DNA of 64,000 bases from Octopus sinensis (lineage: Eukaryota), in contig NC_043004.1 in NCBI RefSeq assembly GCF_006345805.1, positions 84,134,001-84,198,000 on the forward strand, in the 5' to 3' direction. Both the position numbers and the translations under genes were made by a program. The notes beneath the pieces were generated by a model, which did not search any database, had not been told where the DNA came from, and saw only the letters and a program-made list of their open reading frames with translations. The stretch's first letter is position 1, and each line of letters begins with the position of its first letter. This document shows, piece by piece, positions 29,470 to 42,477 of the stretch.

Positions 29470-29716
29470 TTTATTTATTTATTTATTTATTTATTTTTTC
29501 TGTACTTGTTTCAGTCATTTGACTGCGGCCATGCTGGAGCACCGCCTTTTTTTAGAGTGGTGAAAGAGTACAGCAGGGATCACCACCTCCTGCCGGAGCC
29601 TCGTGGAGCTTTTAGGTGTTTTCGCTCAATAAACACACACAGCGCCCGGTCTGGGAATCGAAACCGCGATCCTCCGACCGCAAGTCCGCTGCCCTAACCA
29701 CTAGGCCATTGCGCCT
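29470..29716 (-). mobile_element. Chimeric SINE: family A head joined to family B tail with (TAAA)n
   Basis: Minus strand GGCGCAATGGCCTAGTGGTTAGGG...CTGTACTCTTTCACCACTC is followed directly by AAAAAAAGGCGGTGCTCCAGCATGGCCGCAGTCAAATGACTGAAAC and then (AAAT)n. Confidence 0.7.
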
Positions 29717-30578
29717 ACGTATTGTACTTATGGTATCATATTACTCATTGATGTGTAATGTTTTGTTCTGTATTATTGTGTTTGATCTTGATGTTCCTAT
29801 GTAGTTGGTTAATAAATTATGTGAATGGGTATTATCTGGTAGTTGATGATTGATTAAATTGTATACCTCCATTTTCTTATTTTGCATATACATATATATA
29901 TACATATGTATGTATGTATACATATATAACGTTTTGCGAAGGAAGAACTGATCCTTCAAGGAATGACTTACATCGAAGTCTCCGCCGGTTTATGCATATA
30001 TCTGTGAATTTACTGCAATTTGTTTCTCTGCATTAGTGTTATTATTTACTAGGAACTAGTACTATGATATTATGGAGTATGATTAGACTGCATAGAAATT
30101 TATTTTTCTGATTCAATATCTTGGAACATGATTTCAGTAATATAATAAAAAGAACATGGAGAATATGAATACAGAAAAATCAATATGTTTACATATCTTT
30201 CGACTACATAACACCAACGACTGTTTCAGTATCCACCTTCATTCTTTGTACAATTAATAATAGTTACATTATGATTTAAAGGTAGAGATTTCTTCAGGAC
30301 CAATGGTTTAGAATCTATAATGAACACTTGAAGTTCGGGTTGTAAAGAAATATGTCGATTTTAGACCTGAAGACATCTCAACATTTAAATCAATAATGCA
30401 AGCATTAATTGTCAAATTAATAAAGGTGGATATCGAAACGATCATAGGCTTTATGTAGTCGAGAGTTCTGAAAATAAATTGAATTTGGTTTATTCAATCT
30501 CTCCGTTTTGTTTATAAATATATATATATCTATATATGCAACTATATATGAGTGTATGTATATATGTGTAGGTATATA

Positions 30579-30813
30579 AGGCGGTGAGCTGGCAGAATTG
30601 TTCGCACGTTGGGCGAAATGCTTAGCGCTATTTCGTCTGCCTCTACGTTCTGAGTTCAAATTCCACCGAAATCGACTTTGCCTTTCATCCTTTCGAGGTT
30701 GATAAAGTAAGGACCAGTTACGCACTGAGGTCGATATAATAGACTTCATCCGTTTGTCTGTCCTTGTTTGTCCTATCTTTGTTTAGCCCCTTGTGGGTAG
30801 TAAAGAAATAGGT
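30579..30813 (+). mobile_element. SINE family C (tRNA head + CORE-like middle; resembles octopus OR-type SINEs from memory)
   Basis: AGGCGGTGAGCTGGCAGAA...GAGTTCAAATTCC..CGAAATCGACTTTGCCTTTCATCCTTTCG...GTGGGTAGTAAAGAAATAGG; recurs at 41.5-41.9, 50.2 and 40.3-40.4 kb. Confidence 0.75.
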
Positions 30814-31903
30814 ATATATGTGTGTGCGCATGTGTGTGTATATATATATATGTATGAACATATGTGTACTTTTGCACGATTGTACATTTACATAAATGGA
30901 TATGCACTTATACAAAAGATTTTCAAGAAAATGAGAAGGAAAGTGAAATCGTTGAGTTAATGAACTGTGTGAACAGGTATATTTCCGCCTATTCTGCTCC
31001 GTTATTTTTACGTATTTTTACGTACAGGAAATACATTGAAGCAGTGCTATATATTTTAGAAATCCAGGAACAAGCATCTGATTTTAGCAAAAACGTCAAA
31101 TGAAATAAAATTTTTTAAAATCTGCATTCAATGAAGAACGATCGATTTTCTTACGGTACTGTCGAATTTCTTAGCGCTCTCATCATACCGATTTTCCTTT
31201 CTTTTTGAATTTGCGCGAGATAAATGCACGCCTACACATTTTGAAAAATTGGGTCACGATAATTTGAAAACGAGGAAGTTATGATAGACGCCCCATGTGG
31301 GAAAATGAAATTTTTAGAGTTATTCATAAAATATTGCGATGTACGTGCGTCTTCTCAACACGACTGCCCAACTAATTTAAATAAAATATATTTAAAACTT
31401 ACATTTGAATTCATGCACATATTCTAGCCTTATTTCTATTCATGAAAGTTTTAATCACGGAACTTTCCTATAACATGGACGAAGCAATTCCAGGTGTCCA
31501 ACATATATGAATTGCAGGGAACCATATATTCTAAATACATTATTTATAATGAAATTCATTTGTTATTATTGTTTACTGCAAGCAACATATATAGTAATTA
31601 AATAGCCAGCTTACATGATGGATAATATTAAATTCAATTCAGCGCCAACTGAAGTAAATATCGATTAGAATTTCGACCTCAATCTTATAATTACAATATA
31701 ACATATAATGCTATATATCTGTGTCTGTTATAATATGTATATATAAGTATGCATATATGTTTATACATATGTATGTATTTATGTATCTATGTATGTACAT
31801 ATAGATACATAGAAATATAGATAGATAAATAGAGAGATAGATAGATAAATAGATAGATATACAGTTAGATGGGTAGATAAATATATATATATATATTGAT
31901 AGT

Positions 31904-31992
<89 letters not shown>

Positions 31993-32177
31993 TGCAAGTT
32001 CTGGTGCCAGCAGGATATAATAATAGCAATATGGAAATAAACACATTTGTAATTCAAATGTTGCCTAAAATCAAATTGGAAAAATAATTTTAAACATATC
32101 ATTTAATAATGGCTGTTAAATTTTAAACGCAGAAATAAGCACACGTACGCACACATAGACGTATATAAATAAATATA

Positions 32178-32215
<38 letters not shown>

Positions 32216-32475
32216 TTCCTGTATATACACATTTATATATATATATGTGTGTATGTATATATGTATATATATACATGTATGTATGTATTTCTCTTTGTAT
32301 GTAGGCATATATGTATGTATATGCTAACTATGAAATTATAAACGGATGTGGGATAATTTTCATCGGAAAATTGATAATAAAGTGCACATCGCTGAAATTT
32401 ATTGCTACATTTAAATTTAATTTTACATTCAGAAACGATGGTTTAACAAAAACGTGCAACCCAAAAGGAGACCAA

Positions 32476-33345
32476 CCCAACTGGAGAGCAAGTCATAAGG
32501 AGAGTAAGTCATAAGGAGAGCAAGTCAAATGGAGAGCAGGCCAACTGGAGAGCCGGCCAATTAGAGAGCAAGTCAAAAGGAGATCAGACCAACTGGAGAG
32601 CAAGTTAACTGGAGAGCAGGCCAACTGGAGAGCATACCAAAAGGAGAGCAGACCAAATGGAGAGCAGGCCACCTGGAGAGCAGGACAACTGGAGAGCAAG
32701 CCAATTGCAGAGCAGGCCAACTGGAGAGCAAGCCAACTGGATAGCAGGCCAACTGGAGAGCAAGCCAACTGGAAAGCAGGCCAGCTTGGGAGCAAGTCAA
32801 CTGCAGAACAGTCCAACTGGAGAGCAGGCGAACTGGACAGCAGGCCAAGTGGGGAGCAAGCCAACTGTAGAGCAGCCCAACTGGAGAGCAAGAACTGGAG
32901 AGGAGGCCAACTGGAGAGCAGGCCAGCTGGAGAGCAGACCAGCTGGAGAGCAGGCCAACATGAAAGCAGGCCAACTGGGGAGCAAGCCAAATGGAGAGCA
33001 AGTCAACTGGATAGCAGGCCAACTGGAGAGCAAGCCAACTGGAGAGCAGTCAAGCTTGGGAGCAAGCCAACTGGAGAGCAGTCCAACTGGAGAGCAGACG
33101 AACTGGAGAGCAGGCCAACTGGAGAGCAGGCCACCTGGGGAGCAAGCCAACTGTAGAGCAGGCCAACTGGAGAGCAAGCTAACTGGAGAGCAGGTCAACT
33201 GGAGAGCAGGCCAACAGGAGAGCCTGCCAACTGCAGAGCAGGCCAGCTGGGGAGCAAGCCAACTGGAGAGCAGGCCAACTGGGGTGCAGGCCAGCTGGGG
33301 AGCAGGCCAACCGGAGGGCAAGCCAACTGGAGAGCAGGCCAACTG
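32476..33345. repeat. 16-bp minisatellite (GGCCAACTGGAGAGCA)n, ~54 degenerate units
   Basis: The unit is directly visible. The consensus has no stop codon in any frame, which explains the overlapping 150-230 aa ORFs on both strands. Confidence 0.9.
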
Positions 33346-35209
33346 TGTACCTTGATTGCCTTAGCATGTATTTCTGTATGAGCCGTGTCGTACCATGCTC
33401 GTCTCCATCAACATTTTCCTTATCGTCATCATCATCATCATCATCATCGCGATCACCCCACCAATAACCTTAACATTTTTAGCATCATCATCCCCATCAT
33501 GATAAACGACTCATATCATCATCATCACTTTCAGGTAGGATTTTCGAATATAGTCATATATTACTTCTGACGGATACAACTAACATTATTCAAAAGTCAT
33601 TTAGTTCTTTGTCGTTGGAGTACACCCAGAATGGCAATGATTCTAATAAAATATATATTGAGGAAGAATGTGCACGAGATGAATAATGGGTATTTGTTTC
33701 GCGTTACGATATCAGATTCCTCTGCCTTTCTTGCCTTACGATTTATAATAGCAGTGTCAATGCTAGTGTGTCTCTAATAATTTTTTCCCAATGGCTGCGT
33801 TTTCCCATCGACATCCGTGGCATGTTGCCAATGATATGAATTCTAGATAGACACTAGATTAAATAAAAATAAAGAGAAACTGAAGAAGAAAGGGATATAG
33901 AAGACAAATATGATGGAAATAAATATAAACAGTGAAACATGAACCAGAATCTAAAATAAAACAAAAAGTGAGTTCAAGATAGTGACCGTAAAAAAAGTAG
34001 GAAACCGAATATTATATCGTACGACAGAATCAAGAAAAATTAACCGAAACTTTCGAAAGTCATATTTGTGTGGTAGACATAGTCTTATAAAGTTTAGGCA
34101 ATGTTTGTATAAATGTTTCATGTTGTTTATGGCTTCTCGTATTTTAAGATACTCTTAAGAGACTGAGAATAATGCATACGTTACAGAACCAAGTATATTA
34201 ATAAATAAAAATATAAAATACAGCGTATCCTCATGTATGTGTATACATATATTGCTGTGTACATGTGTGTGTGTACCGAATTGCCATACATACACACACA
34301 TGCATACAAACATACGTATCCAGACACTCACACACAAATACACACATGCACATACATATTTTTTCTATCCAGTGATCAAGCTTTATCGTTATTTTACTGC
34401 ATATATTTATATACATTCCATGAATCTAGGTTAATCATGGAGCCCATATTCAAACCGATGCCAAAATAAACCCGTAAACAAGAATTTCATCACAAAATTA
34501 ATAACTGGCTACAGGCATTAAATCGCATCAAAAACCAACTTAACATATGTATATGACTTAAAACACCTTCGCCATTACAAAACCTCATGGTACAAATATC
34601 ACTAAAAAAATCGAACACTCTAAAGAACCTATTTCAGACCTGTTTCAATTCCTGAAAGGGAAAATCTGAACGGCTGAAGATTGTTTGTTCACGTCTGCTT
34701 GTTTTCGTCTTTCTTCTTTAATTTTGTTAGACTTCACCTACTTCGGATTAATTGCTCCAGGCGAACTACAAGGGAATACAAAATATATGTAATTAAAAAA
34801 TATACAGCTGAAACATATCCGTTGTGGGAATATATAGTCACTACAAGGTGTTGATGTGGCTGCGTGTATCTTATAGGAAATATAGAATTAACAGCTAGGT
34901 GGTGGTTTTCAGTCATGTGGCGTAGAGAAATAGACGGATATAGCAATGGCGTGAATAGCTCCATGTCTAATCGACTGAGAAGCGAAGAACAGGGTTAGCA
35001 AGCAGTTTTTATAAATAGAAAGCTAGAGATTCTAGACATAGAGGCTTCGGGAGACTTGGAAAAGGGAGGTTACTCTATAATCTTTCTTTCAGGGGAGTTC
35101 ATTCTACAATTTAGTTACGTAGACCACTACATATCCGAGGTTCATTTATGAACTAAGAATATGTGTATGAAGACATAAAATCGCACCGTTTTTACCAATG
35201 TTTCTTTAC

Positions 35210-35292
<83 letters not shown>

Positions 35293-36447
35293 GCGCGTGC
35301 GTGCGTGTGTGTATATGTGAAGCTATTTTGCAAATTTTGTTTTCTCACTGGAATGATATTTTTTTCTAAAATAAAACAGGCTTTTCATTGACGTTTTAAA
35401 ACCGTTAACGTCATAGTTACGTCATGAAAGCAAACACTTTCCAAGAATTTTAAATGGTTTAAATATCTCAAAATAAAAAACCTTGAGACGATTTATAATG
35501 GTTTTGTGAGGTATGAGAATGCAAAGGATACAGATGAAACTAAGGAATAGATGATAAATATATTTGAAATGTAGTAGGTAATTTGTCAAGGGGGTAATAA
35601 TGAATGAGAACATTGCTAGGGGAAAAGTAAATGAAGACCATTTTGTTGCTTGTATATCAACTATTCCTCATCAATACTGCGTTGATTAAGGAGGAACAAA
35701 AGAAAAATCAATTCTGTTTTTTTTTTCTCGCTGTGTCTTCCTATTTAAACCTATGTTGAATGAGATGATTAACTATAGGAGAGTACATGTTTCAGGAATA
35801 TTATTGAGCCAACATTTAATAGATTGCACATTAAAAGTACTTCAATAGCGTTTTACTTTCTATTGATATTTGTCTGTGTCTCCGAAAAAAATGATGTGTT
35901 AGATAAAATCTAAATATATTAATATATAATTATAGATGATTACATATCTTACGTAAACTACTTTTTCCTATCTTGCTTCTATTTACAAAAAATATTTAAT
36001 GAATTTTATACATAGTGGAAACTACGTAAGAAATTTATCGAAGTTATTCTCGTAGGTAGATGGTGAATCGTCAATGAAAAGTTTACCCTATTTCGCATTT
36101 TCATTCCGGTGATAGATTTGAATGTGTTTGTTCTTAGAAAGTATACAAGGGAATAGTAAAAAGGAGTGATTTATTTAGAGCTTTAATTGTCCCTACAAAC
36201 AAATAGCAGGCAATTTTCTAGACGGTCACCATAATGATATTCGGATCTTTAAATACTTGTATAATTTGATAATGTACGCATCTGTCTATGTGGGTATGTG
36301 TGCGAGCGTCCGTATCTGTGTGTGTTAGTATGTGTGTGTTTAGATTATACATATGTAAGCATAGTCATACATATACATGTATCTACAAACACACCATATT
36401 GATAGATAGATAAATTATTACGTAGCTAGGATGGTAGATAAGTAGGG

Positions 36448-36513
<66 letters not shown>

Positions 36514-36694
36514 TAAGGGCTTAGTAAAATAAATTACTTTGCCACATACTGAACTCATTAGAAATAGCAGCTAAAGAAATTTCTTCAGCTATTTCTAATA
36601 CTTAAAGAAGATCTCTCTCAGATAGTGTTTGCCTAAACCAACTCACAAAAGTATGGGGGAACAAACATTAAAAAAATCAAGTGCAAAGGTTATT

Positions 36695-36746
36695 TGAGAA
36701 CGTACGTTTCTAGATTAGTCAATTCGACATTTCTTTCTTCAGCTCA
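36695..36746 (-). ncRNA. Minimal type-I hammerhead ribozyme motif (inverted copy)
   Basis: Reverse complement of the motif at 37352-37403. Confidence 0.6.
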
Positions 36747-37351
36747 GAATTCCTTGAATCGGATTTGGGAACACTGAAAGTCGGGAGCATACCCTTTCGG
36801 CTTCTAATCACCTCTAGAATTCTGCTCGAACTAAAAGTGCTATCAAATTCGAATATGCAAGCGAAGAATTTCTGCTCTCCCCTTTCCACCAGCGTGGGTT
36901 AAAATTGACAAACACTATCTGAGAGAGATCTTCTTTAAGTATTAGAAATAGCTGAAGAAATTTCTTTAGCTGCTATTTCTAATGAGTTCAGTATGTGGCA
37001 AAGTAATTTATCTTACTAAGCCCTTATATATAATGTAATATTTTGAATTCGCCTATAATGGTCCCTTTACATACTGAATACTTGGTGAAATTGATTAATA
37101 ATTAATTAATTTTACCCTCAATTGTTGAAATTATAATTCATCTCTCTCTGCTAAATTCTGCGGTTTTCACCGTTAATACATGGTGTTTGTCAATTTTAAC
37201 CCACGCTGGTGGAAAGGGGAGAGCAGAAATTCTTCGCTTGCATATTCGAATTTGATAGCACTTTTAGTTCGAGCAGAATTCTAGAGGTGATTAGAAGCCG
37301 AAAGGGTATGCTCCCGATTTTCAGTGTTCCCAAATCCGATTCAAGGAATTC

Positions 37352-37403
37352 TGAGCTGAAGAAAGAAATGTCGAATTGACTAATCTAGAAACGTACGTTC
37401 TCA
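37352..37403 (+). ncRNA. Minimal type-I hammerhead ribozyme motif
   Basis: UGAG-CUGAAGA-[A AGA AAU GUC gaauu GAC UAA UCU A]-GAAA-CGUACG-UU-CUCA. Helix I is UGAG/CUCA, the core is intact, helix III is palindromic (ACGUACGU) and the cleavage triplet is GUU. Caveat: A.A instead of the usual G-C closes helix II. Confidence 0.65.
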
Positions 37404-37685
37404 AATAACCTTTGCACTTGATTTTTTTAATGTTTTTTCCCCCATACTTTTGTGAGTTGGTTTAGGCAAACACTATCTGAGAGAGATCTTCTTTAAGTAT
37501 TAGAAATAGCTGAAGAAATTTCTTTAGCTGCTATTTCTAATGAGTTCAGTATGTGGCAAAGTAATATATTTTACTAAGCCCTTATATATAATGTAATATT
37601 TTGAATTCGCCTATAATGGTCCCTTTACATACTGAATACTTGGTGAAATTGATTAATAATTAATTAATTTTACCCTCAATTGTTG

Positions 37686-37751
<66 letters not shown>

Positions 37752-37774
37752 GAGAGAGATAGATAGAGAGATAG

Positions 37775-37805
<31 letters not shown>

Positions 37806-40249
37806 GATAAATAGATAGATAGATAGATAGACAAAAATAGATAGACAGATAAATAGATAGAGAGACACACAGACAGATAGATAGATAGATAGATAGAGCG
37901 AGAGAGAGAGAGAGAGAGAGCCAGGTAGACAGACAAACAAATAGATAGATATATACACCTATGGATACACGTAGATGCTTGATGGCATGTAAACAGATTT
38001 ATATATATAAAGGTGAATTCATTTGTTCGCGTCTTTGTACTAAATACATGTGTTTGTGTTTGACCATACATAAAGTATAATTTGTTGGCTGGAAATATTA
38101 CTTTGGAAACAGCTCAAGTAGATAGCATATTCAAAGAAATGAGTAATGGACGACTCAAAAGTCATGGATGAAATGAATTAGAAGTTTGAACATTCTTACA
38201 ATGTTTTGATGTCAATGCAATCTGATAATCGATATACGGCCAGTGAAATGACCACTTACATTGAGAAATTCCGTTTAAGTTGTCAAGATAATGACATCAG
38301 CGTTTCTAATATTTCACCCATAAATTCGGTCAACCTAACTGTGCCATCTTTGATATCAGCATTATCGAGAAATTCTATATGTATTCAACCTCTGATGGTT
38401 ATAAGAAACGAAATTAGAAATACTATGGAATAGTTATTGATATATGTGAACCCTGACCGACATAGTAAAACATGCTATTCTATTGGCAAACATTTAGTTA
38501 GAGATTCTGTTGAAGATTTAGATATGCATTTCAATGTCAAACATGACATTCTGACATGAAAATGTACCACCGTTTGCTAAATTTATTGAAAACGCTAATA
38601 CAAATATAAAATGTCCGTCTGAAAAGTTTTCCCGTTTTAAACGACGTAAAACTTTTGATGTCAGCTATTTGAGAGACGTGCATGAAAATATTTGCAACTT
38701 GAATTTCAATAAACAGTGGTAGCTGACGTTTACAGAGCAGTTTCAGTGTTTAGTCAGCGGAAAATTACATAGATTGTGAGACAGTTTTGTATCCAGTGAA
38801 GCAGACATATACTAAAATGGCAGATCTGAACAGCGAAATCATAAAACCCACATTTCAATATCATCATGGCAACGGAATAATAGGTTTACGAGATATTTCA
38901 CCAAATTTCGATGCCAACCTATATAATAGTTCTGAGCAAAAAATAAACATATATCATTATACCAGACATCCTCGGGGAAATGGAATGCATACAAATTATG
39001 AATGTATCCGATAAAGTTCAACGAAACATAAATTCTATCAGCAAATATAGATCCCATCTGTCTATCTTCTGTCACTGTAGCAATCCATTCAAATACATTC
39101 ATTTAACGGAGAGCATTGAGAGTTATAACAATAATACTCATTATTGTAATTACTATTTAACGGAGGAAAGGATAAACGCAATGCTAGAATAAATTTAAGT
39201 TTTGGTTTATTGTACACAACAGATTATAAATCACTTGCAAAGATTATGTTTCCATTAGGATGGAATATATATAAAGCTACATTACTAGAAGGAAAAAAGC
39301 TATTCAATGTAAGAAACAAACGATTAAATAACCATAATGAAACAAATACTTGCGTGAATCAGCATAGAGAAATGTTCGGAGTTAATCGGAATAGTAAGCA
39401 TAAGAATCTCTGCAGAAATAGCCAGCTATTATTTTATGGTAATTATGTAAACATTTAGAATTGTACTCACTCTCAATTGCTTAAATTGTTTTCTATCTTA
39501 TGAGCATTCTATTATTACTTTCAAACATTTAGTTTGAAAGATCAACATACCCCGACCTACGACAAACATCCTGGTATTTGCAGTATGTCGGTGGTATGTT
39601 GTTACACACTGTTAACACAGCTACAGGTGCATCACGAAAGTTCGCTTTTCTATATAATCCCTTCTTCACTGTCTCCATTTTCAGCCTCCCCTTCACTCTC
39701 TGTGTTTGTATGTATGTATATGTTTATGCACATGTGTGTATGTGCGTATATGATGAGTATCGTAAGTAATGTATTTTTCAAGCAAAGAGTTACTCGCAGT
39801 CTATTATATAATTCTATAATACAACTCTTTGTTACATTATGACATTAATATTAGCGTAAATTTTATTTTACAAACCTCCTGTGCGACTTTACATATTTTT
39901 CTTCCTTAAATATATACATATATATGTGTTTGTGTGTGTGTGTATGTGTGGATGTGCGCGGATTGGTATCATTGTATCATTCCCTTTAAGAAGCAGTGGT
40001 AGTGTTTGATGCCTGTGTCTTTGAGTATTGTAAAGTTCATAATTATGGCGAAAATCAAACGTGCTATTGAAAGATGACGTCCTTTACAAATATGTCAGCT
40101 TTCTTCTTTCCGACAGATAGCCATTGTCATCCTCCTTATTAAAAATGTAACAGTCAAGACTCGGAGTGATTTGGAACATTTAATAGTATCGTCGTAGTAG
40201 AAAAGAAGTGAGAGATGTAATAATTATTTAAAATAATTGCCACAAGGGC

Positions 40250-40435
40250 AGTTTCGGGGATGTGGCGATGCGTCGATTAAAATGGTCCCCAGTGTTCAAC
40301 TGGTATTTATTTTATCGACCTAAACGATAAAAGGAAAAGTCTACGTCGGTGTAGTTTGAATCCAGAATGTAACAATGGATAAAATACCGCTTGCATTTTG
40401 ACCAGCGTGCTAACGATTCTGCCGAATCGCCGATT
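40250..40435 (-). mobile_element. SINE family C copy (decayed)
   Basis: TTTTATCGACC...GAAAAGTCTACGTCGGTGTAGTTTGAATCCAGAATG...AGCGTGCTAACGATTCTGCC is the reverse complement of family C. Confidence 0.6.
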
Positions 40436-41534
40436 GTAATAATGAACAGAAATATTCTGTTTTTTAAAAGACTTCCATCTTCAGAATTTTATGTGAAATT
40501 TGTTTTTAGTGAAAAACATGGCATGGTGTAATACAGATGAAGCCAGATCAGATAAATATACATGTATGAAAACTTAGGTGGAAGGGCCTTCATGCATTGG
40601 CCGGTATAATAATTTGAAATTTAATTTTTATTTTTCTTCGTCTGTGTTTTCGCTAGTTTACCTTACGAATCTATATTTTACGTTCAATATCGTATAAATA
40701 TTTCTTTTAAACCATTAGTCTTTTATAGATCGTAAAACTAAGAAATACAAGAAAACATTTCATTTCCCCTTACTTATCGTGGCGGCCAATATACATAATT
40801 CCTTATTTAAATTCATTCCCGGAGCTAAGTTGCAGTAGATTCGAAATCTAATGGCAATATTTAATGGTATTTAACTGTAGGGTTTTCAGGAGGAAGTAGA
40901 ATTTATAACACTTAGTATTAAATAACACGTGTCTCTCAACTTCGCTCTCAAATGAATTCCGTTAGGGCCTTCATAGATTTCTGTTCTGCTGCATTCGATA
41001 AAATAAATCCTAGATGGTACGTCATTTATCTCAATCAATTTTATTCCCCACACTGCAAAACACCATCTAAGGCAAACTAAAAATCGATACTTTATTTGAT
41101 GTGTACTGCACCAAAAACGTTTTTTGTTTTACGTATAATGGAATAAACATTTTATTTATTACAGTAAATATGAATCGATTCTGTTTCATGTGATTTACAA
41201 TTTTGTATAGTATGTATTTTGAATGTTTGCTGTTTCTCATATAATATTTTCCCTTTTCTTTTGAGAACTTCCCTGAATTAAAAGAAGAAAGTGTTAAATT
41301 AAATTTATCTTGGCAACCATTGTATTTGGTATTGATAAATGATTGCCACAGGTCAGCATTGATCGTGCACTCTTCTAGAGATCAAATAAAACCTATGCTT
41401 TACAGTGTGACAGTCTAGACATATTGCACTGTCTCCACTCTTCCATGCTTTTCTGTGCACCCACAATTTCTTGTGGAACGCAGCATGAATATAGTCTTGT
41501 TTAACAAGATATAATTCATATTTTCGCATTTATG

Positions 41535-41925
41535 AAGGTGGCGAGCTGGCAAAATCACTAGTAGGCCGGGCGAAATGCCTAGCAGTATTTCGTCTTCCGC
41601 AACGTTCTAAGTTCAAATTCCGCCGAGGTCGACTTTGCTTTTCATCCTTTCGGGATAAGTACCAGTTACGCACTGGGGTCGATATAATCGACTTAATCCG
41701 TTCGTTTGTCCTTGTTTGTCCCCTCTTTGTGTAGCCCCTTGTGGGCAATAAAATAGTAGGTATTTCGACTGCCTTTACGTTCTGAGATAAATTTCCGCCG
41801 AAGTCGAATTTTCTTTTCATCCTTTCGGGATCGATGAATTAAGTACCAGTTGCGTACTGAATTCGTCCTAATCGACTATCCCACTCCCCCAAATTTTCGG
41901 GCCTTGTGCCTAGAGAAGAAAAGAA
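41535..41925 (+). mobile_element. Two adjacent family C SINE copies (full ~41535-41760, head-truncated ~41759-41925)
   Basis: Repeated core TTCCGCCGAGGTCGAC..TTTTCATCCTTTCGGGAT with two different 3' ends. Confidence 0.7.
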
Positions 41926-42443
41926 TATTTTTGCACTTACTTTTACCATTTGCTTTGTTTCCTCACAGTAGTCTTTCGGTATTTCGTATGTGTTAAAAGA
42001 TTAATTATGGATACAATGTTATTTCTAAGTATTTTCTATTTTTGTATTTAACAACACTTGAAATTGTGAGAAACCATACACAACGTCCATATTATGTTAA
42101 AAAGAGGGTAAAACGAGACAGCACATGCCTTTTAGGGAATAGCAGGAAATGGAGATTAGAGAAACAAAGAAATTTGATTTATTCTTTACAGCTGTCAACA
42201 ATACAGAGGAGATCCTTGCAACTCTGAATCACATTATATGCGAACACGCTAATGAGTTCCCCGCAAAATGTGCGAAATTTGAAGAAAGAAAACATTCCGA
42301 AAAGTTTCATTGCACGTCAAATTGTATATTTGTTAATAATCATTCATACATACGTATATACATACATACATACATGCATAATGTATACATATATATTTCA
42401 GTGTGTGCGCGCGCATGAAAGCGCGTGCGTGCGTCTGCTTGTA

Positions 42444-42477
<34 letters not shown>

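Larger units (their letters stand above)
36509..37689. mobile_element. Composite of ~558-bp hammerhead-containing repeat units (one inverted partial + head-to-tail tandem), flanked by (TA)n
   Basis: 36509-36915 is the reverse complement of ~37175-37590. 36909-37131 repeats at 37467-37689 (period 558). Near-identical to 59926-61039. Confidence 0.85.

Noticed and set aside
32493-33355. Minisatellite ORFs as a real protein gene
   Set aside because: The unit is stop-free in all frames on both strands, so ORF length carries no evidence.
34600-35130. Possible promoter or first exon
   Set aside because: Only a slightly higher CpG/GC impression; no diagnostic motif or ORF support.
32476-37689. CRISPR-like array interpretation of the 16-bp or 558-bp repeats
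   Set aside because: No unique spacers, no cas genes, eukaryotic context.
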